From the NCBI GenBank assembly GCA_050015075.1, contig JBEKCB010000002.1, forward strand, positions 96,001-160,000: DNA of 64,000 nt. Direction: 5' to 3'. Below the pieces are notes generated by a model that was not told where the DNA came from, ran no database searches, and saw only the letters and a program-made list of their open reading frames with translations. Origin of the DNA: Candidatus Brocadiia bacterium (GTDB taxonomy: Bacteria > Planctomycetota > Brocadiia > CAIUPP01). Each line of letters opens with the position of its first letter. Position 1 is the stretch's first letter. Positions 1 through 12,297 of this stretch are shown here, one piece after another. The position numbers and the translations under genes were made by a program.

Positions 1-817
1 CGACAACGCCCAGGCCAACCAGGCCGCGATGGATGCGGCCGTGGATGCGGACATCGCGGCCGTGGCCGCCGGCGCCGCGGCCATGGATGCGGCCCAGGCG
101 AACGTGGATGCGGGCAACGCCGCGGTCGAGAACGCGAAAGTGCAGCTTTCCTTCTGCACGATCCGCTCGCCCATGGACGGACGCGCCGGCAGCCGTACGG
201 TGGACGTGGGCAATATCATCAAGGCGGTGGACATGCAGCCGATGGTGATCGTCAACCAGGTCCATCCGATCTACGTCGGCTTCTCCATCCCCGAGCAGCA
301 ACTGCCGCTGCTCAAGAAGTACCTCAATGACCGGGAGAAGATGAAGGTCGAGGCGATCATCCCCGGCGACCCGGGCCTGCCCGCGACGGGTGAACTGACT
401 TTCATTGACAACGCCATTGACGCCGCGACGGGAACGATCCTGCTGAAGGGCACGTTCCCGAACGACGACCGCCGTCTGTGGCCGGGCCAGTACGTGGACG
501 TGGTGCTGACGCTCAGCCAGCAGCCGAACGCCCTGGTCATCCCCAGCGTGGCGGTGCAGACCGGCCAGCAAGGGCAGTACGTGTTCGTGCTAAAGAGCGA
601 CCAGACGGTCGAGGCGCGCCCCGTCACGACCGGACGGCCGGTGGATGACTCGATCGTGATCGAAAAGGGACTCCAGCCGAATGAACGGGTGGTGACCGAC
701 GGCCAGTTCCGCCTGGTGGACGGCGCGCGCGTGGAGGTCGTCCAGCCGGCGGCGGAACCGGGAGCCGGCGCCGTCGGAGCGACGACCGGCTCCGCCGAGG
801 CGAAAACCGCCGAATGA
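1..817 (+). CDS. RND efflux membrane-fusion (periplasmic adaptor) subunit, MdtA-like; 5' end outside window
   Basis: Motifs TIRSPMDGRAG..VDVGN, IDNAIDAATGTILLKGTFPN..LWPGQYV, VVTDGQFRL; overlaps start of RND permease. Confidence 0.9.
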   Translation, partial: DNAQANQAAMDAAVDADIAAVAAGAAAMDAAQANVDAGNAAVENAKVQLSFCTIRSPMDGRAGSRTVDVGNIIKAVDMQPMVIVNQVHPIYVGFSIPEQQLPLLKKYLNDREKMKVEAIIPGDPGLPATGELTFIDNAIDAATGTILLKGTFPNDDRRLWPGQYVDVVLTLSQQPNALVIPSVAVQTGQQGQYVFVLKSDQTVEARPVTTGRPVDDSIVIEKGLQPNERVVTDGQFRLVDGARVEVVQPAAEPGAGAVGATTGSAEAKTAE

Positions 818-3800
818 ACCTACCGGAATTTTCCATCCGCCGGCCGGTCACGACCACGCTGATGATGGTGGCGATCCTGCTCTTCGGCATCCTCGGCTTT
901 CGGCTGCTGCCGGTGAGCGACCTGCCCAACGTGGATTTCCCGATCATCCTCGTCTCCGCCGCGCTGCCCGGCGCAAACCCGGAGACGATGGCCTCCGCGG
1001 TGGCGACGCCGCTGGAGAAGCAGTTCGCCACGATCGCGGGCATTGACTCGATGACCTCGACCAGCGGCATCGGGGTGACGCAGATCACGCTCCAGTTCAG
1101 CCTCAGCCGCAACCTGGACGCCGCCGCGCAGGACGTGCAGGCGGCGATCAGCGCCGTCCAGCGGCAGCTCCCGCAGAACATGCCCGCGCCGCCCTCGTAC
1201 CAGAAGGTCAACCCGGCCGACCAGCCGATCCTGTTCATTGCGCTCACCTCGCCGGACCTGCCGCTCTACGAACTCGACGAATTCGGCGAGACGCTCATGG
1301 CGCAGCGCATCTCCGAGGTGAGCGGCGTGGCGCAGGTGATCGTCTACGGCGCGCAGAAGTACGCCGTGCGCGTCCAGCTCGACCCGACCGAGCTGGCGCA
1401 CCGCGGGATCGGGATTGACGACGTGGCCGGCGCGGTGCAGAACGCGAACGTGAACCTGCCCACCGGCACGCTCTACGGCGAGGAGAAGGCGTACACCGTT
1501 CAGGCCAACGGCCAGCTCATGACCGCCGAGCCGTACCTGCCCACCATCGTCGCTTATCGCAACGGCCATCCCGTGCGCCTGCGCGAGATCGGCACGGCCA
1601 TCAACAGCGTCGAGAACGACAAGACCGCGGCGTGGTACATCAACCAGCGCTCGGTCATCCTCGCGATCCAACGCCAGCCGGGCACGAACACGGTGCAGGT
1701 GGCGCAGGACGTCCTGGCGCTGCTGCCGAGCTTCGGGCCCTCGCTGCCGGAGTCCGTCAAGCTGCACCTGCTCTACGACCGGTCCGTCTCGGTCCGCGCG
1801 GCGGTGCACGACGTGGAATTCACGCTCATCATCACGCTCGCGCTCGTGGTGATGGTGATTTTTCTCTTCCTGCGCAGCCTCTGGGCGACCGCGATCCCGA
1901 GCCTGGCGCTGCCGATGTCCGTCATCGGCACCTTCGCGGTCATGTATCTGCTCGACTACAGCCTAGACAACCTCTCGCTCATGGCGCTGGTGCTGGCGGT
2001 CGGGTTCGTGGTGGACGACGCGATCGTCATGCTCGAGAACATCGTCCGGCACGTGGAGATGGGCGAGAGCGTTTTCGAAGCGTCGCTGAACGGGTCGCGC
2101 GAGATCGGCTTCACCATCATCTCGATGACGCTCTCGCTGGCGGCGGTGTTCATCCCGGTGCTGTTCATGGGCGGCATCGTCGGGCGGCTGGTCCACGAGT
2201 TCGCCGTGACCATCGGCGTGGCGATCCTGATCTCCGGCTTCGTCTCGCTGACGCTCACGCCGATGCTGTGCAGCCGGTTCCTGCGCCCGCCGGCCGAGGC
2301 GCATCACGACGGCGTCTACGCGGCCTCCAAAGGCGCATTCAATGCCATGGTCCGGCTTTACGACGCCACGCTGACCTGGTCGCTGCGCCACCGGGCGACC
2401 ATGATGGGCATCACGCTCCTGACGCTGGTCGGGACCGGCCTGCTGTTCGTGGTCGTGCCGAAGGGGTTCATCGGCAGCGAGGACTACGGGCTGCTCATGT
2501 GCTGGACCGAGGCGGCGGAAGGGATTTCGTTCAAGGCGATGGCGGAGCACCAGCAGCAGGTGGCGGAGGTCATCGCGAAGGACCCGAACGTCGAGTCGTT
2601 CATGTCCACCGCCGGCCGCATCGGCACCCTCGGCTCGGACAACACCGGCATCGTGTTCATGCGGCTCAAGCCGAGGTCGGAGCGCGCGCTGTCGGCGGAC
2701 GAGCTCGTTGGGGAACTCCGCACGAAGCTCGAGAAGATCCCCGGCATCATCTGCCGCCCGCAGAACCCGCCGCCGATCCAGATCGGCGGGCGGCTGACGC
2801 AGGGCCAGTACCAGTTCACGCTGCAGTCCGGCGACGCGAAGCAGCTTTACCGCTTCGCGCCGGAGCTGGAGGCCAAGGTCCGCGCGCTGCCGGGATTCCA
2901 GGATGTCACGAGCGACCTGCGGCTGAAGAACCCGCAGATCAACGTCGAGATTGACCGCGACAAGGCCTCGGCGCTGGGCGTCTCGGCGGCGCAGATCGAG
3001 CTGGCGCTGTACGACGCGTACGGCACGCGGCAGATTTCGACGATCTACGCGCCCGGCAACACATACCAGGTCATCATGGAATTGCTGCCGGAGTACCAGT
3101 TGCGGCCGCAGTCGCTCTCGATGCTGTACGTGCAGTCCACCAGCGGCAAGCTGGTGCCGCTGAACGCGGTGGCGCGGCTGGAATCGGGCTTCGGGCCGCT
3201 GAGCGTCAACCATTCCGGCCAGTTGCCCTCGGTCACGATCTCGTTCAACCTCACGCCCGGCGTGGCGCTCGGCGATGCGGAAAATGCGGTCTCCGCCACC
3301 GTGCGCGACCTTCATCTGCCCGCTTCCATCACACCGAGTTTCCAGGGCGAGGCGCAGGCGTTTCAATCCTCGCTCTCCGGCTTGCTGTTCCTGCTGGTCA
3401 TGGCCGTCCTGGTCATCTACATGGTCCTGGGCGTCTTGTACGAGAGCTTCATCCATCCGCTGACCATCCTCTCGGGCCTGCCGAGCGCGGGGGTCGGCGC
3501 GCTGCTGACGCTGCTGATCTTCCGCGTGCCGCTGGGCCTGTACGCCTTCGTCGGGATCATCATGCTCGTCGGCCTGGTGAAGAAGAACGGCATCATGATG
3601 ATTGACTTCGCCCTCGAGGCGCAGCGCCGCGAAGGCAGGAGCGCGCTCGACGCGATCCACGAGGCATGCCTCATCCGGTTCCGGCCGATCATGATGACCA
3701 CGATGGCCGCGCTGATGGCCGCGATCCCGATCGCAATCGGCGCAGGGACCGGCGGCGGCGCGCGCCGGCCGCTCGGCCTGGCCGTCGTCGGCGGCCTGGT

Positions 3801-3924
3801 CTTCTCGCAACTTCTGACGCTGTACATCACGCCGGTGTTCTTCCTCTACATGGAGTCGTTCCGGAACTGGCTCGCAGGCGGCAGCCGGCAAAAGGCTGCG
3901 GCGACGATGGACAATGGACGATAG
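814..3924 (+). CDS. RND efflux permease (AcrB/MdtB/MdtC family)
   Basis: 1036 aa; FSIRRPVTTTL, GFVVDDAIVMLENI, GLVKKNGIMMIDFA, RFRPIMMTT. Confidence 0.95.
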   Translation: MNLPEFSIRRPVTTTLMMVAILLFGILGFRLLPVSDLPNVDFPIILVSAALPGANPETMASAVATPLEKQFATIAGIDSMTSTSGIGVTQITLQFSLSRNLDAAAQDVQAAISAVQRQLPQNMPAPPSYQKVNPADQPILFIALTSPDLPLYELDEFGETLMAQRISEVSGVAQVIVYGAQKYAVRVQLDPTELAHRGIGIDDVAGAVQNANVNLPTGTLYGEEKAYTVQANGQLMTAEPYLPTIVAYRNGHPVRLREIGTAINSVENDKTAAWYINQRSVILAIQRQPGTNTVQVAQDVLALLPSFGPSLPESVKLHLLYDRSVSVRAAVHDVEFTLIITLALVVMVIFLFLRSLWATAIPSLALPMSVIGTFAVMYLLDYSLDNLSLMALVLAVGFVVDDAIVMLENIVRHVEMGESVFEASLNGSREIGFTIISMTLSLAAVFIPVLFMGGIVGRLVHEFAVTIGVAILISGFVSLTLTPMLCSRFLRPPAEAHHDGVYAASKGAFNAMVRLYDATLTWSLRHRATMMGITLLTLVGTGLLFVVVPKGFIGSEDYGLLMCWTEAAEGISFKAMAEHQQQVAEVIAKDPNVESFMSTAGRIGTLGSDNTGIVFMRLKPRSERALSADELVGELRTKLEKIPGIICRPQNPPPIQIGGRLTQGQYQFTLQSGDAKQLYRFAPELEAKVRALPGFQDVTSDLRLKNPQINVEIDRDKASALGVSAAQIELALYDAYGTRQISTIYAPGNTYQVIMELLPEYQLRPQSLSMLYVQSTSGKLVPLNAVARLESGFGPLSVNHSGQLPSVTISFNLTPGVALGDAENAVSATVRDLHLPASITPSFQGEAQAFQSSLSGLLFLLVMAVLVIYMVLGVLYESFIHPLTILSGLPSAGVGALLTLLIFRVPLGLYAFVGIIMLVGLVKKNGIMMIDFALEAQRREGRSALDAIHEACLIRFRPIMMTTMAALMAAIPIAIGAGTGGGARRPLGLAVVGGLVFSQLLTLYITPVFFLYMESFRNWLAGGSRQKAAATMDNGR

Positions 3925-4002
3925 ACGATGGAGAGTAAGCTGGAGTCCAGCGTCCATCGTCCCTGGTCCAGCGTCCATCGTCACCCGTCCATCGTGTCCA
4001 TC
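3903..4002. repeat. Periodic (~7-bp GACGATG / CATCGTC) imperfect palindromic repeat overlapping the RND stop codon
   Basis: GACGATGGACAATGGACGATAGACGATGG followed by inverted CGTCCATCGTC units. Confidence 0.7.
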
Positions 4003-4020
4003 CTCCACTGAAAACCGACA

Positions 4021-6291
<2,271 letters not shown>

Positions 6292-6363
6292 GGCGCGTTC
6301 CTTGACCGCAACGGCGCGATGTGATTCAATGCAACTCCATTTGAATTCAGGAGGTCGCCGAAC

Positions 6364-7782
<1,419 letters not shown>

Positions 7783-7805
7783 CAGGGCGCTCCGAGAACG
7801 GCCTC

Positions 7806-7834
7806 TTGCAAATCCTCCGCGATGCGGATATATT
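7806..7834 (+). promoter_or_regulatory. Putative sigma70 promoter of tRNA-Arg
   Basis: TTGCAA-17 bp-TATATT about 55 bp upstream of the tRNA. Confidence 0.5.
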
Positions 7835-7889
7835 CTAGCGGAGAGGCGTGCATCGCCGGCGGTCGTTTCCGGCCTCGATATCCAGACTC

Positions 7890-7966
7890 GCGCCCATAGC
7901 TCAATTGGATAGAGTAACGGCCTACGAAGCCGAAGGTTGGAGGTTCAAGTCCTCCTGGGCGCGCCA
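7890..7966 (+). tRNA. tRNA-Arg(ACG)
   Basis: 77 nt cloverleaf: GCGCCCA/TGGGCGC acceptor stem, D-loop AGCTCAATTGGATAGAG, anticodon loop CT-ACG-AA, T-loop GGTTCAAGTCC, encoded CCA. Confidence 0.97.
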
Positions 7967-8234
7967 TCATCAACCAGCGCTCCGCTCGTTCAGCGGAGCG
8001 CTTTCATTTCCAGGAGGACTTGAAGCGAGCGAACGGCGCGACTAGCAGGAGCGCATCCCGGCCCGCTTCCGCGGGACGGGATAGTGAGCGAGGTGGGGCC
8101 GCGCAGGTCGTCCCGCGAAGCGGGCGACCGTAGTGGCCAAGTCCTCATGGGCGCGCCATCATCCACCAGCGCTCCGCTCGTTCAGCGGAGCGCTTTCATT
8201 TCCAGGAGGACTTGAAGCGAGCGAACGGCGCGAC
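7946..8234 (+). repeat. tRNA-linked direct repeat: 97-bp block (tRNA 3' end + hairpin + inverted tRNA arm) at 7946-8042 and 8138-8234, period 192 bp
   Basis: The two copies differ at 2 positions; each contains CCAGGAGGACTTGAA, the reverse complement of tRNA TTCAAGTCCTCCTGG. Confidence 0.92.
7976..8009 (+). terminator. Intrinsic terminator-like hairpin after the tRNA (repeated at ~8168-8201 and ~9782-9816)
   Basis: AGCGCTCCGCT-CGTTC-AGCGGAGCGCT (11-bp stem) followed by TTCATTT. Confidence 0.75.
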
Positions 8235-8274
8235 GGTCGCGGGCGCGAACGGCTGCCCGGGCCGGGTCACAGCG

Positions 8275-9522
8275 TCACTGAAAATCATCCGCCAGGCGTC
8301 GCACGAGTTTTGTCCAGCGTGCCAGACGGCTGAGGTCGCCCTCCAGCGTCTCAATGTCCTTCAGATGGATAATGAGGTGGCAACCCTTCGCGGCTTCCAA
8401 TCCCTCTCGAAGTATGCGCCGGATTTTCGCCTCGTTCCACCCGCAGCAGACCATCGCGGAGGGATTGGGCCGCCAGGAAATCACATAGTCCGCGCCGATC
8501 TGCTCCGCGCAGCGCCGCAGGTCCGCTGTGGGCGCGGCGGCGATGATGCGCAGGTTGGGAATCTTTCGAAGTATGGAGATCTTGTTGGTGAGGTTCTCGC
8601 AGCAGCCATAGGCGATGAGCCCGAACTTCTCCAGGATCGGCAACTGATACTGCAGCAGAAACTCATCGTGCATGGCCGGCGAAATCAAAGTGAATTCCTG
8701 CGCCGCGCAATAGCCCCAGAGCTGCTTGCGGAGGCGCGGGCCGGAGTTGGCCTTCGGCCATTCAAGCTCTTCGGCGTAGGGCATCGCCTGGTTCGAGTGT
8801 GAATTCAGGCTGAGGTCGCCGGCCTTCTCCGCCTCTTCCTGGTTAGTGAGAATGCCGTCGCGCATGAAGGCCAGCAGCGCGTGCAGTTCCCGGGGCGACT
8901 CGGACATGTCGAGCATGATCTGTTCAAGCCCGCGCAGCCGGGCCAGTAATGTTGAGATGTCCGCCAGGAACCCCAGGCAGGCGGGGCTGCGATCTGCGTT
9001 CACGGCCAGGATATCGCCCACGACATCGCGCAACCGCTGGACGTTCTCGGCGGTGGCTGCCTCGTCAATCCGATGATGCGGCACTTGCAGCTTCGACAGG
9101 TCCGACCACTTTTTCAACGGCGGGTCTATCCGGAACGCGCCGCCGTCCTCGCCGGGCTTGATGAACTCGATGCGAGGCCCCCAAAGGTCCTCCCAGCCGC
9201 CTCCGATCCGCGCCGCCGCCTGGGTTATCCACGGTTCGCAGATGGAATCGTCCCCGACCTCGTGCTGGAACAGCGCCATGCGGAGCGTTCGTTCATGGGT
9301 GCGCAGGAACGGGTCGCTGCAGCGCATCCGGTCGTCGCCGAAGACTTCGCGGCACCATACGTTCCACATCCCGAAGTTGGCCAGGATCAGCGGCCGGGTC
9401 CGCTGGAGGCTGTTCTTGCGGCTCCAAAGCTTGCGACGTTCGTTCTGAATCGGCAATGCCGCGATGTCGGCATACCGTCGGGCCAGGTCACGAACGACTT
9501 CCCGCTCGCTCGAAATGCTCAT
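8275..9522 (-). CDS. Uroporphyrinogen-decarboxylase/methyltransferase-like TIM-barrel hypothetical protein (cargo within the tRNA-linked unit)
   Basis: ATG MSISSERE; motifs LRGLEQIMLDM..P..LHALLAF, AQEFTLISPAMHDEFLLQYQ, AYGCCENL typical of URO-D-like proteins. Confidence 0.7.
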   Translation of the reverse strand: MSISSEREVVRDLARRYADIAALPIQNERRKLWSRKNSLQRTRPLILANFGMWNVWCREVFGDDRMRCSDPFLRTHERTLRMALFQHEVGDDSICEPWITQAAARIGGGWEDLWGPRIEFIKPGEDGGAFRIDPPLKKWSDLSKLQVPHHRIDEAATAENVQRLRDVVGDILAVNADRSPACLGFLADISTLLARLRGLEQIMLDMSESPRELHALLAFMRDGILTNQEEAEKAGDLSLNSHSNQAMPYAEELEWPKANSGPRLRKQLWGYCAAQEFTLISPAMHDEFLLQYQLPILEKFGLIAYGCCENLTNKISILRKIPNLRIIAAAPTADLRRCAEQIGADYVISWRPNPSAMVCCGWNEAKIRRILREGLEAAKGCHLIIHLKDIETLEGDLSRLARWTKLVRRLADDFQ

Positions 9523-9531
9523 GAAGTCCCC

Positions 9532-9559
9532 ATTGTAAGCCCGGGGCTGCAACTGTCAA
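9532..9559 (-). promoter_or_regulatory. Putative sigma70 promoter of the cargo gene
   Basis: TTGACA-16 bp-TACAAT on the minus strand, ending 10 bp upstream of the ATG (near-leaderless). Confidence 0.6.
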
Positions 9560-9695
9560 GCCGCAATTTGCCGGATGGTCGGCATCCACATGATGGCCCG
9601 ACGTCGAGCATCGGATTCTGACCCTCGGAATCCCGCAGGTCAAGGAAAACTCGCACGGCGAAAGAAGGCCTCTGCGCCGGCCGTCTGGACTGCGG

Positions 9696-9811
9696 TGAGA
9701 GCCGGGTGGCGCCGCGCAGGTCGTCCCGTGCAGCGGGGCGACCGTAGTGGCCAAGTCCTCCTGGGCGCGCCATCAGCAGCCAGCGCTCCGCTCGTTCAGC
9801 GGAGCGCTTTC
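9696..9811 (+). repeat. Third tRNA-linked repeat copy (right arm + tRNA 3' end ending in CCA at 9772 + hairpin)
   Basis: GCCGCGCAGGTCGTCCCG..GGGCGACCGTAGTGGCCAAGTCCTCCTGGGCGCGCCA matches ~8098-8158; the same hairpin follows. Confidence 0.9.
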
Positions 9812-9830
9812 GTTTTATGGAAGCCGCGGT

Positions 9831-10853
9831 TCATATCATCAGCACCGCCGACGCCTCGATGCGGCTCTCTTTGACCATCCGGAGCGCACGGTTGGCCTCG
9901 GAGAGCGGGAACTGCTCGGTGCGCGTTTCGATGCGCATCTCGCGGGCGAGCGCCAGCAGTTCGCGGCCGTCCTGCCGCGTGGCGTTCGCCACGCTCGTCA
10001 ACGTCTTCTCGTGGTACAGATCGCGGCGATAGTCGAGCGGCGGCGTCGCGCTCATGGCGATTCCGGCGAGTGTGGCCGTGCCGCCCTTCTCCAGCGCGCG
10101 CAGCATCTCGGGCACCAGCGCGCCGGCGGGCGCGAAGCTGATGGCGCGGTCGAGCTTGTGCGGCGGCTCCTCTTCGGCCCGGCCGACCCACGCCGCGCCG
10201 AGTTCCCGCGCCAGCTTCTGGTGCCGCTCCGCGCGGGTGAAGACATACACCTCGCATTTCCAGTGCCGCGCGATCTGGAGGACGATGTGCGCCGACGCGC
10301 CGAAGCCGTACAGGCCCAGACGGAGACCCTGAGCGTGAGTCGAAGGGCCGCCCGGCCGGATGCCGCACCGCCGCAGCGCGCGGTAGCCGACGATCCCCGC
10401 GCAGAGCAGCGGCGCGGCCTCGTGATCGCCGTAGCCTTCCGGGATCGGATACGCGAAATCCGCAGGGACGCACGCGAACTGCGCGTAGCCGCCGTCCGCG
10501 TCGAGGCCGGTGAATTTCGCGCGCTCGCAGAGATTTTCATTTCCCGTGTTACAGAACCTGCATACGCCGCAAGTCCAGCGCAGCCATGCGATGCCGACGC
10601 GGTCGCCCAGCTTGAATCCGGTCGCGCCGGGGCCGAGTTTCTCCACGACGCCGACGACCTGGTGGCCCGGCACGATCGGCAGCTTCGACGGCGTCAAGTC
10701 CCCTTCAGCGACGTGCAGGTCCGTGTGGCAGACGCCGCAGGCGCGCACGCGAACGAGCAGCTCGCCCGCCGCCGGCTCGGGCGCCGGCAGTTCCGCCGCC
10801 CGGAGCGGCGCGCTCTCGATCGGCGCGGGAGCGCGCAGTTGCATGGCGTTCAT
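9831..10853 (-). CDS. Zinc-dependent alcohol dehydrogenase family protein (AdhP-like)
   Basis: ACGVCHTDLH, VPGHQVVG, CGVCRFCNTGNENLC, APLLCAG, GLYGFGASAH. Confidence 0.92.
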   Translation of the reverse strand: MNAMQLRAPAPIESAPLRAAELPAPEPAAGELLVRVRACGVCHTDLHVAEGDLTPSKLPIVPGHQVVGVVEKLGPGATGFKLGDRVGIAWLRWTCGVCRFCNTGNENLCERAKFTGLDADGGYAQFACVPADFAYPIPEGYGDHEAAPLLCAGIVGYRALRRCGIRPGGPSTHAQGLRLGLYGFGASAHIVLQIARHWKCEVYVFTRAERHQKLARELGAAWVGRAEEEPPHKLDRAISFAPAGALVPEMLRALEKGGTATLAGIAMSATPPLDYRRDLYHEKTLTSVANATRQDGRELLALAREMRIETRTEQFPLSEANRALRMVKESRIEASAVLMI

Positions 10854-10865
10854 GGCAAGGTTTCC

Positions 10866-11022
10866 TCACCACCAAATTGCCAAGGCACAAAGAGACAACG
10901 GCTTCCACCACGGAATACACGGAGCACACCGAATGCCTTTCCTAAACAACTTCAGTGTCTTCCGTGTGTTCCGTGGTTGCAATATCAGTTGGCGTTCTTG
11001 GTGCCTTGGCGTCTTGGTGGTT
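10866..11022 (+). repeat. ~157-bp nested periodic palindromic element, copy 1 of 3
   Basis: Outer arms CACCACCAA..CCAAGGCACAAAG / CTTGGTGCCTTGGCGTCTTGGTGG; inner arms CCACGGAATACACGGAGCACAC / GTGTCTTCCGTGTGTTCCGTGG. Confidence 0.9.
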
Positions 11023-11036
11023 CATGAAGGGAGCGG

Positions 11037-12041
11037 TCAATCCCAGTATTGCTGCCGATGCTGCCGGAAGAACTCGACCGTGCGGCGGACGCCTTCGCGC
11101 AGCGGCGTGCGCGGCTCCCAGCCGAGCGCGCGGCGGATCTTCGTGATGTCCGCCCGGTAGTTGCCGATCTCGATCTTCGCCTTGTCGGAGGGAAACGGCT
11201 TGTCGGTGATCGTCCCTCGGCCGGCGATCTCGACGGCGATCTCCGCCGCCTCGCGCAGCGAAGTCGCCACGCCGCTGCCCACGTTGAACACCTGGCCGTT
11301 TGCCGCCTCACTGGCGGCAGCGAGGAGGAACGCCTCGACCACGTCGTCCACGTAATTGAAATCGCGCTGCTGCGCGCCGCCGCCGAAGAGCTGGATCTCC
11401 TGCCCGTCGAGCGCCCGGCGGATGAACCAGCTCAGCACGCCCTGCCGGCTGGTGCGCATGTGGTGGCGCGGGCCGAACGTGTTCGTCAGCCGCAGCGAGC
11501 ACGCGCGGATGCCGTACACGTTGTTGTACAGAATGTGGTACCACTCGCCGGCCATCTTGTTGATCCCGTTCACGTCGGTCGGCCGCTGCGGATGCTCCTC
11601 GTCCACCGGTAGCCGTTCGATCTTGCCGTACTGCCCGCGCGTGCCGGCGAAGAGCACCTTCACGCCCGGATTGTTCTTCTTGCACGCCTCCAGGAGCGAG
11701 AGCTGGCTGCGGCAGTTGATCTCGAGGTCGGTGTACGGGTCGTTCATCGAGTCAATATGGCTGACCTGGCCGGCGAGGTTGAAAATGAAATCCTGGCCGC
11801 GGACGAGGTGGTGCATCGAACTCTCGTCGCGCACGTCGGCTATATTGACGCGGACCTTGTCCTCGATGCCGGCGAGGTTGAACCGGTTGCCGCCGTACTG
11901 CGGGATCAGCGAATCCACCAGCGTCAACTCCGCGCAATGCCCCGCCAGCGCGTGGGCGAGATTGCTGCCGATGAACCCCAGCCCGCCGGTGACCAGGACC
12001 CGCTTGCCGTGGAACGCCGACACGTCGGCAACCATTCGCAT
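11037..12041 (-). CDS. NAD-dependent nucleotide-sugar epimerase/dehydratase (extended SDR)
   Basis: VLVTGGLGFIGSNL, FNLAGQVSH, LRLTNTFGP, RDFNYVDDVV, LGWEPRTPLREG; exact start uncertain (12035-12059). Confidence 0.9.
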   Translation of the reverse strand: MRMVADVSAFHGKRVLVTGGLGFIGSNLAHALAGHCAELTLVDSLIPQYGGNRFNLAGIEDKVRVNIADVRDESSMHHLVRGQDFIFNLAGQVSHIDSMNDPYTDLEINCRSQLSLLEACKKNNPGVKVLFAGTRGQYGKIERLPVDEEHPQRPTDVNGINKMAGEWYHILYNNVYGIRACSLRLTNTFGPRHHMRTSRQGVLSWFIRRALDGQEIQLFGGGAQQRDFNYVDDVVEAFLLAAASEAANGQVFNVGSGVATSLREAAEIAVEIAGRGTITDKPFPSDKAKIEIGNYRADITKIRRALGWEPRTPLREGVRRTVEFFRQHRQQYWD

Positions 12042-12192
12042 CTCCCTGCCAGACAGCATGTTAGAACAACTACGTCATAAGATGCGTCAAAGTGGCCTAT
12101 TGCGACAAATTGGATTCGTTTTTTCAAATCGCATTATGCGCGTCAACCCCTTTCCCGCCGGCACGTTGCGACTTCTTAACTACGCAGGCAGC

Positions 12193-12221
12193 AGTATACC
12201 ATAATATTTCTGACTTGTCAA
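12193..12221 (-). promoter_or_regulatory. Near-consensus sigma70 promoter upstream of the epimerase
   Basis: TTGACA-17 bp-TATACT on the minus strand. Confidence 0.65.
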
Positions 12222-12297
12222 GCGGCGCCATGCTTTTTTCGCACCGCCGCGGATGAACTCCGATATCGCAACTCGCATTGGATATGTCTTCGCCTTT

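Noticed and set aside
8084-8158. Additional tRNA genes at repeat copies 2 and 3
   Set aside because: Only the last ~21 nt match the tRNA; there is no D-arm, anticodon arm or 5' acceptor strand.
7946-9811. CRISPR array interpretation of the repeats after tRNA-Arg
   Set aside because: Repeats are 60-100 bp, tRNA-derived and irregularly spaced; there are no spacer-sized unique segments and no cas genes.
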